A DNA stretch of 64,000 bases from an uncultured Methanosarcinales archaeon (GTDB lineage Archaea > Halobacteriota > Methanosarcinia > Methanotrichales > Methanotrichaceae), in assembly GCA_963843555.1 (NCBI GenBank), contig CAWJKV010000016.1, positions 45,700-109,699 of the forward strand, in the 5' to 3' direction. A model generated the notes under the pieces. It searched no databases and was not told where the DNA came from. It saw only the letters and a program-made list of their open reading frames with translations. Positions 17,053-28,685 of this stretch are shown piece after piece (the first letter of the stretch is position 1; each line of letters opens with the position of its first letter). The position numbers and the translations under genes were made by a program.

Positions 17053-18026
17053 GGCAGTATCCCTCTGTTCTCAGCTAACGCCCTCACGTAGTCTCTTTCC
17101 GTCAGAATCCCCACCAAGGAACCCTTGTCCATAACGGGCAGCGATCCAATGTCGTTGTCCATCATCTTCCTGGCCGCCTGGCCCAGGTCGACTTTCTTGT
17201 CTGTAGCCAGCAAGCTTCTCTTGATCAGGCTCTTGATGGGCTGATTCATTACCTCACCGATGTCGCCGGTAACCACTTTTTCAAAGGCGTCGCCGCTGCC
17301 CAGATATTTCATGATATCCGAAGCTGTGACCATGCCCATGAGAACTCCGTCCTGAACGACAGGCATGCGGCGGAAGCCCTTCTGGATGATCATCCTTGTC
17401 ATCTTCTCAATAGTGGTTTGAGCCGGTGCCGTCACCACATTGGGGCTCATGAAGGACTCAACGGAAAGGCCAGTATCCAGGCCTCTGCAAAAGCGCACAA
17501 AGTCCTCTTCTGTTATTATGGCCCGGATGCGGCTGTCCTCGTCCACGATGGGAAGGCCACCCACGTTCTTTTCATACATCAGCTTCAGGACGTCGGTCAG
17601 GGAGGAATTGTCGCTGGCATAAGTGAGTTTATCGCTCATTATCTCCCTGATATCGGCGTTTATGGCTGTGAAGATGTTGCCCCCGTACTTCTCTTGCAGC
17701 AAGTTATGCCGTAGCCCACCGCCCAGAAAGTCTACGATATCCACGGATGTTACGAAGCCAATCAGCCTCTTTGTGCCGGCATCAGCAATAGGAAGCCGGG
17801 AGAAGCCGTAGAAGGTCATGGTCTTTATGGCACCCATGATGGTTGTTGTCGGCGGAACGGTGACTACATCAGGCGATGCTGCCCCAATCAGCTCGCTGAT
17901 GTGCTTGGCATGCCTGGAGTCAAATTGCAGAGGTCCTCTATCCCCTGAGCCGGGGGCTCTGGGCATCCGATCGTTCTTTTGCGGTATCCTTGTTATCTCT
18001 TTTCCCGTAGTTGGACCGTTGCTCAT
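17049..18026 (-). CDS. CBS-domain protein
   Basis: Four CBS motifs (GGLPIVD, RRMPVV, GSLPVM...GILTERD). Confidence 0.9.
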   Translation of the reverse strand: MSNGPTTGKEITRIPQKNDRMPRAPGSGDRGPLQFDSRHAKHISELIGAASPDVVTVPPTTTIMGAIKTMTFYGFSRLPIADAGTKRLIGFVTSVDIVDFLGGGLRHNLLQEKYGGNIFTAINADIREIMSDKLTYASDNSSLTDVLKLMYEKNVGGLPIVDEDSRIRAIITEEDFVRFCRGLDTGLSVESFMSPNVVTAPAQTTIEKMTRMIIQKGFRRMPVVQDGVLMGMVTASDIMKYLGSGDAFEKVVTGDIGEVMNQPIKSLIKRSLLATDKKVDLGQAARKMMDNDIGSLPVMDKGSLVGILTERDYVRALAENRGILP

Positions 18027-18027
18027 C

Positions 18028-18798
18028 TTATTCACCAAGGTAACTCTTGATCAGATCGTTTCTATCCGCTATTCCCGCGAGCTTTCCTTTATCCACAACT
18101 GATATTCTGCCCACGTCATGCTTGAGCATCAGCTCGATGGCTGCGCGCACGCTTTCTTCCGGCCTTATGCTATATAATGGCGAGCTCATAAATTTCTCTA
18201 CTGGCATCGAATCCGACGGCCTTCTCTCACTCTCCTTGCCAATCCTGGCGGTGCCTTTTAGAAGATCAAATCTGGTGATCATTCCCATTGGCTTGCCGTC
18301 CTTAACCACAGGCAACCCGGTGAAGTCCTTCTCCACCATTTTGCCCCATACCTCAGTCATAGGGTCATCCGGGCTGGCGGTTACAACTTTGGTGGTCATG
18401 ACCTCGCTAATCAACTTATCAGGAACTTTGGATATGTCAATGTGCTTGAATATATCCATGAGGGTGACAACTCCCTTTAGCGTCAGGTTCTCCTGAGAAT
18501 CCACCACGGGAAGCAAGGAGCTCTTCTCCTTGAGCATGATCCTCGCCGCTTCTAATACATCCGTTTTTTCAGTTACAGTGGGAACCTGCACCATGAAACC
18601 CGATATAGTAACATTCGATTTTGTAGACGTCACTCGCAGCATATCCTGATTTGTTACGATCCCCAGGACACGGCGTTTGCTATCCACGACCGGCAGTCCA
18701 CGCACATGGTTGTCTCTGATCAACTGACGCGCTTTGGTCAGAAAAGTCGAATCCTCAACGTATAGAGGATCTCTGGATAAAATATCTTCTACTAACAT
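18028..18798 (-). CDS. CBS-domain protein
   Basis: RGLPVVD and TGLPVV...GMITRFD motifs. Confidence 0.9.
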   Translation of the reverse strand: MLVEDILSRDPLYVEDSTFLTKARQLIRDNHVRGLPVVDSKRRVLGIVTNQDMLRVTSTKSNVTISGFMVQVPTVTEKTDVLEAARIMLKEKSSLLPVVDSQENLTLKGVVTLMDIFKHIDISKVPDKLISEVMTTKVVTASPDDPMTEVWGKMVEKDFTGLPVVKDGKPMGMITRFDLLKGTARIGKESERRPSDSMPVEKFMSSPLYSIRPEESVRAAIELMLKHDVGRISVVDKGKLAGIADRNDLIKSYLGE

Positions 18799-18828
18799 TA
18801 TTACTCCCCTGCTGTCCCGGAATAATTT

Positions 18829-19383
18829 CTATCTGTTTCCGTCCCTGCAGCTCCAGCAGAGCAACTCGCCATTATGGCTCTCCAGGGTATCCGAAAGCTG
18901 GCCGCAAACTTCGCAGATTCCGCGCACCACTCCACTAGGCTGATCGAAATGGACGCTCTCCCGGTGCATCTCCAGCAGATCGCTCAAGATCTCATTCAAA
19001 CCGAGGGAGGACCCTGAGACCAGATCTGTATCGGTAATTATACCCACGAGCTTTCCTTGGAATATCACGGGCAGTCGTTTGACTCCGGCTCGGAGCATCA
19101 ACGCTGCTGCGTCACGTAGGCTTGCATCGGGTTCTATGGAGTTCATAGGTGAGCTCATGATCTCTCCCACCTTTAAATTTCTGGGATCGATTCCTTGGGC
19201 TATGACCTTTTTCACCAGGTCTCTTTCCGTCAGAATGCCTGTGGGCTTGTCGCCGCATACTATTATCAGACTTCCCACATTGGCCGAGCCCATCTTCTTG
19301 GCAGCGCTTAGTATGTCCAGGTCGGCATCGGCTGTGATCACTGGCCGTGTCATGATGTCTCGCACTGGGATCTCTGTTTCCAT
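18829..19383 (-). CDS. CBS-pair protein with a C-terminal zinc ribbon
   Basis: CBS pair plus CEVC...CWSC. Confidence 0.9.
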   Translation of the reverse strand: METEIPVRDIMTRPVITADADLDILSAAKKMGSANVGSLIIVCGDKPTGILTERDLVKKVIAQGIDPRNLKVGEIMSSPMNSIEPDASLRDAAALMLRAGVKRLPVIFQGKLVGIITDTDLVSGSSLGLNEILSDLLEMHRESVHFDQPSGVVRGICEVCGQLSDTLESHNGELLCWSCRDGNR

Positions 19384-19489
19384 TGGCCAATCTCTCCGTG
19401 ATAGCTCTATGTGCTTATTAGAGTGCTAATGATATAAAAGGCTACTCCGGTTCAATCGGATATGATATGATTAATATTATTTTTTTCTC

Positions 19490-19966
19490 TTATTCCCGGA
19501 TGTGCTTAAGGATGTGTTCTATTTCTGCCATGATAAGCTCCATGCCGAGGCGCGCCGCGCCTGGCGAGCCGGGCAGACAAAAAACAGGCTTTCCACGATG
19601 AATTCCGGCTGTTGCACGGGTAAGCATGGCACGGGTCCCCACCTCATCCAGGCTTCGCCAGCGGAAGATCTCTCCAAAGCCGGGAAGCGTTTTTTCGAAG
19701 AGCGGCTCCACGGCTTCCAGTGTTAAGTCCAGGTGAGTGAGACCTGTGCCTCCGCAGATAACCACGGCGTCGGCAACGCTCTTTTCCACTGCCTCCCGGA
19801 TAGGCTCAATGCCGTCTGGAAGGAGCCGGTATTGGGCTATATGTCCAGCAGCTTCGATCTTCTCCTGGATCACTTTTCCGGAGAGGTCTTCTGCCCCTTC
19901 CGGGCTCGACACAGGCCCGAACCTGTTGAAACGGGAGGTGCTTGCGACCACTATATCAATGATCAT
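19490..19966 (-). CDS. moaB: MogA/MoaB molybdenum cofactor biosynthesis protein
   Basis: GGTGLTHLDLT, LPGFGEIFR, TRATAG and LPGSP motifs. Confidence 0.92.
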   Translation of the reverse strand: MIIDIVVASTSRFNRFGPVSSPEGAEDLSGKVIQEKIEAAGHIAQYRLLPDGIEPIREAVEKSVADAVVICGGTGLTHLDLTLEAVEPLFEKTLPGFGEIFRWRSLDEVGTRAMLTRATAGIHRGKPVFCLPGSPGAARLGMELIMAEIEHILKHIRE

Positions 19967-20049
19967 GCTAATCCCTTTCTGGATAAGGATAAAATTTTTC
20001 CCGTGGGGTTCCTATTTAAGCCAAGAGATGTGGCGAGAAGGAATGATCT

Positions 20050-21090
20050 ATGTCGCTATTAGCTGTTGATGTGGGGGCAGGCACCCAGGACATTCTGCTC
20101 TATCAGGAGGGGGTGCCTATGGAAGGTTTGACCAAGATGGTTTTGCCTAGTCAGACCATACTGGTGGGAAACAGGATAAGCCGGGCCAGGCTGGAGGGAA
20201 AGGATGTGTTCCTGCGCGGGCCGACCATGGGGGGCGGAGCCTCTACCATAGCAGTCAGATGGCACATCGCTGCAGGCCTGAGGGTTTATGCCACCCCAAA
20301 CGCTGCAGCTTCCATAAACGATAATCTGGAGCGCGTAGCTGCCATGGGCGTCACCATCCAGGAGGATGCGCCGGCATCAGCCGAGATCATTGAGACAGGG
20401 GATGTCGACATTCCGGCGCTCCGTCGCGCCTTCCTTGCCTTCGACATCGCCCTTCCAAGAGAGATTGCAGTTGCTGTACAGGATCACGGTTACTCCCCGC
20501 AAAAGTCAAATCGCATGGTTCGGTTTGAGCATCTGGCCGAAGCCATCCGCTCTGGTGGGAGCCTGGAGGCCTTTGCCTACCGGCAGCCTCCTCGAGTCGA
20601 TGACCAGGATGCAGCGCCGTTCGGGACACACTGGCGAGAGAGGGATTTGAGCCTCTCCTCATGGACACTGGCCCGGCAGCCATCTTTGGGGCAGCCCTGG
20701 ATTCTCGTATTCAGTGATCCCGCGCTAATCATCAACTTCGGCAACGGCCATACTGTGGCTGCCCTCCTGGATGAGGGCCGGATCACTGCCATCTTCGAGC
20801 ACCACACCTCCGGTCTCGGGCCGGAAAAGCTGCGAGATTTTGCAGAAAAGCTGTGCAACGGAAAATTGTTGAACAGCGAGATATTCGAGGATGGGGGTCA
20901 CGGAGCTTATATCGATAGAGTTCCTGATGTCGTCAGGTCGATTCTCGTCACCGGACCATGCCGGGAGAAGTTTCTATCCTGCGGGGCTTTGAAAGGTGCA
21001 GTGGCGGCATCACCCGCAGGGGATATGATGATCACGGGCTGCCTTGGACTTGTCAGGGCCTGGAAGAAGAAGGAGGTTCTATGGAGATAG
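20050..21090 (+). CDS. DUF1786 family protein (probable compensated internal frameshift at about 20590-20705)
   Basis: LAVDVGAGTQDIL, AVQDHG, NFGNGHT and IFEHHT motifs, with an aberrant middle segment. Confidence 0.85.
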   Translation: MSLLAVDVGAGTQDILLYQEGVPMEGLTKMVLPSQTILVGNRISRARLEGKDVFLRGPTMGGGASTIAVRWHIAAGLRVYATPNAAASINDNLERVAAMGVTIQEDAPASAEIIETGDVDIPALRRAFLAFDIALPREIAVAVQDHGYSPQKSNRMVRFEHLAEAIRSGGSLEAFAYRQPPRVDDQDAAPFGTHWRERDLSLSSWTLARQPSLGQPWILVFSDPALIINFGNGHTVAALLDEGRITAIFEHHTSGLGPEKLRDFAEKLCNGKLLNSEIFEDGGHGAYIDRVPDVVRSILVTGPCREKFLSCGALKGAVAASPAGDMMITGCLGLVRAWKKKEVLWR

Positions 21091-21653
21091 GCAGAGGCGC
21101 AGAAGCGGTAGTAACTCTGGAGAACGGCGTGGTCAATAAGTTGAGGCTGCCCAAGAGCTACAGGCAGACAGATCTGGACCGGCGCATCCGGCAAGAGCGA
21201 ACTCTGCGGGAGGCCAGGCTCACAAGCGACGCCCGCAGGCATGGAGTTCTTACGCCCATCATCTGCGACGTCTCTCGCTTTGAGCTGAAGATGGAGTATG
21301 TAGAAGGCGAAAAGCTGAAAGATGTCATCAACATTGAACTCTCTACGAAGGTGGGAGAGATGGTGGGAAGGCTGCATGGGGGAGGAATCATTCATGGGGA
21401 TCTGACCACCTCCAATATGATCCTTGTGCGGGGCAAAATCTGCCTGATCGACTTCGGTCTCGCATTTTACGAAAAATCCATTGAAGCGCAGGGTGTTGAC
21501 GTTCATGTTTACTTCCAGACCCTGGAGAGCACTCATGACTGTTCAGAAGAGCTGATTGAGGCCTTCCAGATCGGATACACTCGGACCTATCCTGAAGCAA
21601 AGAAGGTCCTGAAGCGGGTGTTGGAGATCAAGGCGCGGGGAAGATACCTTTGA
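21081..21653 (+). CDS. bud32: KEOPS complex kinase Bud32
   Basis: [22 protein letters not shown] and C-terminal RGRY. Confidence 0.95.
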   Translation: MEIGRGAEAVVTLENGVVNKLRLPKSYRQTDLDRRIRQERTLREARLTSDARRHGVLTPIICDVSRFELKMEYVEGEKLKDVINIELSTKVGEMVGRLHGGGIIHGDLTTSNMILVRGKICLIDFGLAFYEKSIEAQGVDVHVYFQTLESTHDCSEELIEAFQIGYTRTYPEAKKVLKRVLEIKARGRYL

Positions 21654-21723
21654 ATTAACAGTAAATCAGCAACTTTATCTAGGTATGATCACAAGTTCAA
21701 ATTTAATTCCAGGTGATAATCCA

Positions 21724-21993
21724 ATGGCTGAAGATGATGTCGTATTCGTCGGCAACAAGCCTGTGATGAACTATGTGCTGGCAGTGGTTACACAGTTCAA
21801 CGGCGGCGCAAAGGATGTCAGGATCATGGCCAGAGGCCGGGCGATCTCCAGAGCGGTGGATGTGGCAGAGGTCTCAAGGTCCCGATTTCTTCCCGATGTA
21901 ACGGTGTTGGGAATTCAGATCTCTACCGAGACCCTCAACACCGACCGGGGAGAGACCAATGTTTCAGCAATTGAAATCACACTTGGGAAGTGA
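21724..21993 (+). CDS. albA: DNA/RNA-binding protein Alba
   Basis: [15 protein letters not shown] and [14 protein letters not shown]. Confidence 0.98.
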   Translation: MAEDDVVFVGNKPVMNYVLAVVTQFNGGAKDVRIMARGRAISRAVDVAEVSRSRFLPDVTVLGIQISTETLNTDRGETNVSAIEITLGK

Positions 21994-22003
21994 GCCTTCC
22001 ATT

Positions 22004-22618
22004 TTGACAACCTCGCTTGGCATCATATCCTCGGGGAGAGGAGAAAACCTTCGTTATATTCTGCTAGCAGAGCGCTCCGGTTATCTTCCTGCCCAGGTGA
22101 AGATAGTCCTGACCGATCAGGCGGATGCAGGCGCCCTCGAGATCGCCCGCGAGTTTGGGGTTCCGGGCCTTTGCCTCGATCCCAGAGATAAGACTCGTGA
22201 AGAGTACGACCGGGAGCTCATGGCACATCTGGAGGCATCAGGCGTTGAATTGGTTGTGCTCACGGGTTTCATGAGGATCCTCTCACCCGCTTTTGTCCGG
22301 CGTTACAGGGATAGGATCTTGAATATTCATCCCGCTCTCCTGCCCTCTTTTCGGGGCATGGATGCCTTTGGACAGGCTCTGGACCACGGCGTCAAGTGGA
22401 CAGGTACCACCATCCATATCGTTGATGAGGACGTGGACCATGGTCCCATCGTCTACCAGAGGCCGGTGCCAGTTAAAGAGAACGATACCCATGAGAGCCT
22501 GAAAGCCAGGATTCAGAGGGCGGAGTATAAGGCCTATCCCAAGGCGATAAAGATGTTTATAGAAGGGAAGCCCAAAGTCGTGGGAAGGAAGATCGTCTTC
22601 GAGGAAGAGGCGGAGTAA
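22004..22618 (+). CDS. purN: Phosphoribosylglycinamide formyltransferase
   Basis: SGRGENL, GFMRIL, NIHPALLPSF and DVDHGPI motifs. Confidence 0.95.
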   Translation: MTTSLGIISSGRGENLRYILLAERSGYLPAQVKIVLTDQADAGALEIAREFGVPGLCLDPRDKTREEYDRELMAHLEASGVELVVLTGFMRILSPAFVRRYRDRILNIHPALLPSFRGMDAFGQALDHGVKWTGTTIHIVDEDVDHGPIVYQRPVPVKENDTHESLKARIQRAEYKAYPKAIKMFIEGKPKVVGRKIVFEEEAE

Positions 22619-22619
22619 G

Positions 22620-23111
22620 ATGGAAAAATTATGGGCACCCTGGCGCATCGAATACATCCTCAGCAAGAAGCCTGCTGGCTGCATATTCTGCGACAAGCCC
22701 GGTGAGAACAGGGATGAAGAGAACCTGATTCTCCACCGGGGCAAATACAATTTCATCATCATGAACGCTTTTCCCTACAACAATGGCCATATGATGGTGG
22801 TTCCTTTCCGGCATACGGCCACCCTGGCGGGCTGGGCACCGGAGGAGCAGCAAGAGATGATGCAAATGGCCGATCTTGCTGTGGAGCTGCTGCGCAAAAC
22901 GATGCGCCCGGACGGTTTCAACCTGGGGATCAATATGGGCATTGTGGGTGGAGCAGGGGTTGCGGATCACATCCACTTGCACGTCGTGCCCCGCTGGAAC
23001 GGAGACACCAACTTCATGCCGGTGCTCTCAGAGACGCGAGTGATATCGGAGCATCTGCGGGCGACCTTTGAGATGCTGAAAAAGGCTCTTGATGAGATGG
23101 AGTTGGGCTAG
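22620..23111 (+). CDS. HIT family hydrolase
   Basis: LWAPWR, CIFC, PYNNGH and HIHLHVVPRW motifs. Confidence 0.95.
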   Translation: MEKLWAPWRIEYILSKKPAGCIFCDKPGENRDEENLILHRGKYNFIIMNAFPYNNGHMMVVPFRHTATLAGWAPEEQQEMMQMADLAVELLRKTMRPDGFNLGINMGIVGGAGVADHIHLHVVPRWNGDTNFMPVLSETRVISEHLRATFEMLKKALDEMELG

Positions 23112-23254
23112 AGCCGAACTTCTCCGGTTCATAGAGTCGCTTTATTTAACCGTTGCAGAGGTCATGCCTGGCACTTGGTTTTGCTTTTCAGCCACCGGCT
23201 TCGAGCCTCTCCCATGTAAAGCTTTTTTAAGCTCCTCCTATAATTCTCTCGCCC

Positions 23255-24136
23255 ATGTTCTATATCGGAGAATACGATGAAGAAGAGGCCAAGGAGATCC
23301 GGACCTTTCTCTCCAATGCGGGCATCAGAGTCGAGTCGAAGCCTTTTCTGGTGGTGACTGAGGAGGAGACCAGCTCCCTTCATGGCAGGCACAGCCTTCT
23401 CAAGAGTCTGGCAAAAGACATGGATGAGTACGAGCACTCTTTATCAGTGCTGAAGAGCGTCCTATCCCGGAGCACTACAGAAGAGGAATTTGATGAGCTC
23501 TTCATGGAGGAGCTGGATCCCACCATGACAGAAAAGAGGGATAAGATCATGGCGCTCAGCGAGAGCCCGGACAGCCTTTCTGAGGAAGATAAGGAAGCCC
23601 TGGAGTTCAGTTCAGCAGAATGGTTGAGCTTTCTAATAAGGTCGCATAAAGCCAAAATCTTTGCCAAATCCGTCCTTTCTTTGAACGATATAAAGATAGG
23701 AGAGCCGGCAGGAGATAAGCTGGATGACCCTCTGCTGGATATTCCTGCCAATCCAGGAGATTATGACCCAGAACCTGAGCAGTTGAAGACAACCGTCGGA
23801 TTCTATCTGGAGAAGTCAGTTGGAATCTTTGCCGATGAGTTCACAACGCCGCTCTCCAGCGAGCTGGATGAGGAGTTCTGTGATTTATATCCCGACGAGT
23901 ACCAGAGTCTCAGGGTGCTGGGAATGCTTATCGAAAAACTGGCCACATCGCCCACATCCCGGAAGATGGATTTTGAGGAATTTGTAAAGAACTGCACAAT
24001 GCAGCTGAAAGTTGAAGACGGGGAAGATATCCTGATCGATGGGAAGAATGTTGCCGAGGAGCTGGCCAAGGTGCTGGAGAAGAGCGATGTGGTGAAGGTC
24101 AAGGGAGATAAAATCAAGTGGAAGGGCGAGAGATAG
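23255..24136 (+). CDS. Acidic hypothetical protein
   Basis: 293-aa ORF with host-like composition. Confidence 0.75.
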   Translation: MFYIGEYDEEEAKEIRTFLSNAGIRVESKPFLVVTEEETSSLHGRHSLLKSLAKDMDEYEHSLSVLKSVLSRSTTEEEFDELFMEELDPTMTEKRDKIMALSESPDSLSEEDKEALEFSSAEWLSFLIRSHKAKIFAKSVLSLNDIKIGEPAGDKLDDPLLDIPANPGDYDPEPEQLKTTVGFYLEKSVGIFADEFTTPLSSELDEEFCDLYPDEYQSLRVLGMLIEKLATSPTSRKMDFEEFVKNCTMQLKVEDGEDILIDGKNVAEELAKVLEKSDVVKVKGDKIKWKGER

Positions 24137-24330
24137 CGGGCATATGAGATGGATGTTGAAGCTGTAACAATATCTAGCTGCGACAGAAGCATTTGGGGCG
24201 AAGCGCGAGAGGGAGCCCAGCTTTCGCCTTTTCCAGGGGCAGCATTCATTCCGATTTTTTACGAATCCAATATTGGATCTATGCTGTCGGCATGATTAGC
24301 TATTTAAGCGAAAATTTCCATTTATAAGCA

Positions 24331-27040
24331 ATGATCTTCCAGATCCTGGACGCTAATTACACCTACGATTCAGATAGAAATCCTCTGGTGCAGCTCTTCG
24401 GCACTACGCCCGAGGGAAGAAGCGTTACCTGCCGTGTGGCTGGCTTTCGGCCCTATTTTTACGCGGGGGTGGAGGAAGGCTCCTGGAAGAGCGCGACCGA
24501 GGATCTTCGGGCATTGGGACTGGAGGTAGAGGTGGTAGAGCGCTTTGAGCCCATCGGCTTTCAGACCATTCACCAAGAAGATGCTCAAGATCACCACCCA
24601 CGACCCCAAAGAGGTGAGACAGTCTCAGGGAAAGGGCAAAAGAGGTGGTCCGGCATCAAAGCCGTTTACGAGACGGATATTCTCTTCAAGAACAGGTTTC
24701 TCATCGACCGATCCCTGGGCGGCATGGGATGGGTGGAAGCGCCCATTCCGGAGTGGACCGTCCGGCCAGCGACGCGTCACATGCGGCCGCCTCTGCCCTA
24801 CCACTGGTAAATGTTGAGTCCCTGCATCCGGTGCAGCATGAGGCCAATGCACCGCTGCGCTTTATGAGCTTTGATATCGAGTGCCTGCCCGATCAGGGGG
24901 AGATGCCCAAGGCGGAAAAGTCGCCGGTCATTTTAATCAGCATGGCCTTCGAGCCGGAGTATCAGGGCCAAAAGGACCTGGTGCTGGTGGGAAAGAATAT
25001 CGACTGCCCTCGTCCGGACACAAGAGCCTGCCAGGATGAGTACGATCTCTTGGCCCAGTTTGCTTCCATCTTCAGGGATTACAATCCGGATATCCTGGCC
25101 GGCTACAACTCCAATGAGTTCGATTTTCCCTACCTGCAGGAGAGGGCCAGGCAAAATCGCGTGGAGGCGCGAGTGGGCCGGGACGGCAACTCCTGGTATA
25201 TAAGGAAGATCGTAAACAGAACCGACGTCTCCATTACCGGCCGGGTGGTAGTGGACCTGCTGCCCATCATCCGCTCCTCCTACAGCCTCAAGCAGTACAC
25301 CCTCAGAAACGCGGCAGCCGAACTTCTCAAGAATGGAGAAGTACGACGTGGACCCCAAAGAGATCGAGGCCCTCTGGGCGGAAGAGCGGATGGCGAAGGT
25401 CTGCGCCGCTTCATCAGCTACTCTCGACGAGATGCCGTACTGGCTATGCACATGCTCCTCGACCTGCGGCTGATGGACAAGTACATCGCCCTCTCCCGGG
25501 CCAGTGGCTCATTGCTGCAGGACATCGTGAACGGCGGGCAGTCGGGAATGGTAGAGAACCTGCTCATGCGCCGCTTCCGGGAGAGGGGCCGGGTGGTGCC
25601 GCCCAAGCCCGATGCAGACGTCTCGGATGAGCGCTATGTGGAGAACGAGGGCCTGAAAGGGGGAGCCGTCCTGGTGCCGGAGAAGGGGCTGGTGGAGGAT
25701 GTGGTCATCCTGGACTACAAGTCCCTTTATCCGACCATTATGATGGCCCATAACCTCTGCTACACGACCGTATTGCCGGTTCACCGGCCGAGACAATGCG
25801 GCAAAGGTGAGCGGAGCGAAGGCATCATAACTGCTCCCTCGGGCGGCAGGTTCGTCTCCCCCCAGGTCTCGCCGGGCATCATGCCTGCCGTCTTGCGGGA
25901 GCTGCTCGATGAGAGGACCGCGACCAAAAATCTGATGAAGAAGGCCGGCGAGGACGAGCGCCGTTTTTTGGATGCCAAGCAGAACGCCATGAAGATTCTG
26001 CTCAACAGCTTTTACGGCTACTCGGGCTACGCCCGGGCCCGGCTCTACAGCCTGGCACTGGCCAATGCCGTCACGTCATTTGGCCGGGAGAACATTCTGC
26101 GCACCAAGAAGATCATTGATGAGATCGGCTCAGGCCTACGTGATAGACGGAGAGGTGGTCTTCAAGGATGCACTGCCTTTCGGAAAGGCGGCAGAGAAAT
26201 GCTTTGACCTTTCCGTGGTCTATGGGGACACGGACAGTGTCTTTGTGCGGCTGCGGCCCGCCGGGCCAGGATGGCGGAGCCAGTCTCGCTGCGAAGATGC
26301 AGAGCTGATCGGCAGAAAGATCGCAGAGACTGTCACCTCCATCTCTTCCCGCGCCCATGGAGCTGGTCTTCGAGGCCTTCGCCCGGCGCGGCATCTTTCT
26401 GGCCAAGAAACGCTACGCTCTCTGGGTCTTCGAACCGATGGGCGACGGCTGGAAGGATAGAATCAAGGTGAGAGGCATGGAGACGGTGCGGCGGGACTGG
26501 TGCGGTCTGACCTCGAAGACACTCAAGACCTGCCTGGAGCTGGTGCTCAAAGAGGGCAAGGTGGAGGAGGCGGTAGAGCACGTCCGCTCCGTGGTGCTCC
26601 GGCTGCAGAATCTGGATCTCTCTCTGGACCCGACCTTCCTGGAGGAGCTCACTCTGACGCGCCGCTACACCAAGAGTACCGGCTCCTACAAGAACAAGCA
26701 GCCGCATATCCAACTGGTGGAGAAGATCAGAGAGCGGGGCGGACAGCGTGCCGGGCGTGGGCGACAGGGTGCCCTTTGTCATCATCCAGGGAAAGAGGGG
26801 CAAAAAGAACAAAGAGCTGTTCGTGAACCGGGCGGAGGACCCGGCCTTTGTTTTGGAGAAGAACATGCCACTGGACACAGAGTACTACGTGGAAAAGCAG
26901 ATCTTGCCGCCCGTGCTGCGCATCTTCGAGAGCTTTGGGGTCACCAAGGACCGGCTTTGCTCGGGAAAGGGACAGAGCAATCTGTTCAGCTTCGGAGGCG
27001 TCCCAAAGAGCAGAAGCAGAAGTCGCTGTTTGATTTTTAG
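24331..27040 (+). CDS. polB: Family B DNA polymerase (multiple frameshifts, probably assembly errors)
   Basis: SFDIEC, GYNSNEFDFPY, DYKSLYPTIM, KILLNSFYGY, YGDTDS, KKRYA and VRGMETVRRDW motifs spread over several frames. Confidence 0.93.
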
Positions 27041-27112
27041 CAGACAGGATCTGTTGAAATTTTGTACCTATGTTATACACAATCGTCTATATGATTCTCC
27101 GAGTCCTTAGAT

Positions 27113-27400
27113 GTGACTATGGCATGGAAGGAGATAAGTGCAATAGGTATCACTGTGATCGTAATTATGCTGGCATTGCCAACCGCCAGTGCGTCTAATG
27201 ATTCCCTCCTGGATCTGAGGTCCTTGATATCAGGCTTCGAAGATCCTCGCATGAACTCTGAGGATCTTGCATTCTACCTGGTCACTCACGACTTCGATGC
27301 CACTCCAAAAGGCGGATGTGTTGAGGTCGATCTGGATGGAGATCTCTACACACTCACTCCCAACGGCGTGGCTCCAGGGCTCTGCTGCATAGTATCCTGA
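27113..27400 (+). CDS. Small secreted hypothetical protein
   Basis: N-terminal signal/TM segment; 95 aa. Confidence 0.65.
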   Translation: MTMAWKEISAIGITVIVIMLALPTASASNDSLLDLRSLISGFEDPRMNSEDLAFYLVTHDFDATPKGGCVEVDLDGDLYTLTPNGVAPGLCCIVS

Positions 27401-27738
27401 TCCCACCAGACGCATATCAGCCAGCCAAGGCCATTTTATCCCCTTCCTTTCTGGGCTTCTCCTAAATCCGATAATCCTCTAACCGAATTGATAATGACCT
27501 GTCAGCTTTTATGATTCTCTCTATCAAGGGATGATCTGTGCCCTTTGGTCTATCCATTCGGACCAAAAGAGGCATCGACAAATCCCTGGCGCAGGCTGTG
27601 CTGGAGAGTTGATCCAGGCTATGGTTCACGGTTACCTTGTTCGTCAGGAAGACTCTCTCGCAAGTTGTGCATTTCTAGGCGCTGGGTGCCCTAAGTCCAG
27701 GCAAAAGAATCATTACTTTTGTCTGAGAAGAAGGGTCC

Positions 27739-28677
27739 ATGATCTATACGATTACACTAAACCCAGCGCTGGACCGCACCTTATGGATTCAAAAGGTGCG
27801 CAACGACGTATCCAACCGCATATTGGAGGAGAAGAGCTTCGCGGGAGGCAAGAGCGTTGATGTCTCCAAGGTGCTCAAGAACATGGGCGTGGACAACATA
27901 GCTCTGGGGTTTGTAGGAGGCTTCGCTGGTCGAGAGCTGGAAGGAAGATTGCTGAACGAAGGCATCGAGACAGACTTTGTGCGTGTCTCAGGCGAGACGC
28001 GCACCAACATCATAATTCATGAGAAGGAGACAGGAAAGCAGCTGGCCTTCAATGCCCGCGGCCCGGAGATAAAACCGGAAGAGCTGATGCAACTTGTGGA
28101 GCAGTTGGAGAAATTGCCTTGCGGCGAAGTGGTTGCCATCGGAGGCAGTATCCCTCTCGGAGTGAGCCCCGAGATCTATCGCAAGATCATAAGCCTTGTG
28201 AAAAGATGCGAGGCCAAAGTGGTGTTGGATGTAGATGGCGAGGCGCTGCGCCAGGGAATCAAGGCCATGCCCAATATCATAAAGCCCAACATCCACGAGC
28301 TATCTGGGCTTATAGGAAGAGAGCTAAAGGATCTAGAAGAAATCATCAGAGCATCCAGGGATATCAACCGGCAAGGAGTGGAAATCGTTCTTGTATCCAT
28401 GGGCGCAAAAGGGATACTTCTGGTCTCCGACGGCCAGCAGTACCTGGCGGTGCCACCCAATGTGAATGTGGAGAGCACAATAGGCGCCGGAGACTCTGCA
28501 GTAGCCGGGTTCATCTTTGGCCTTGTGCAGAAGAAAGACCTTTCTGAGTGTCTGGTCTATGCCGCTGCGGCAGGGACCGCCACCACACTGCATCAGGGAA
28601 CAGCGCTCGGTCAGAAAGATGATTTCGACAGGCTTGTGCCCCTGGTGTCGCTGACCGATCTTTCCGAGAAGGCATGA
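27739..28677 (+). CDS. pfkB: 1-phosphofructokinase-family (PfkB) sugar kinase
   Basis: TITLNPALD, ETRTN, KPNIHEL and STIGAGDS motifs. Confidence 0.92.
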   Translation: MIYTITLNPALDRTLWIQKVRNDVSNRILEEKSFAGGKSVDVSKVLKNMGVDNIALGFVGGFAGRELEGRLLNEGIETDFVRVSGETRTNIIIHEKETGKQLAFNARGPEIKPEELMQLVEQLEKLPCGEVVAIGGSIPLGVSPEIYRKIISLVKRCEAKVVLDVDGEALRQGIKAMPNIIKPNIHELSGLIGRELKDLEEIIRASRDINRQGVEIVLVSMGAKGILLVSDGQQYLAVPPNVNVESTIGAGDSAVAGFIFGLVQKKDLSECLVYAAAAGTATTLHQGTALGQKDDFDRLVPLVSLTDLSEKA

Positions 28678-28685
28678 GGTGGAAA

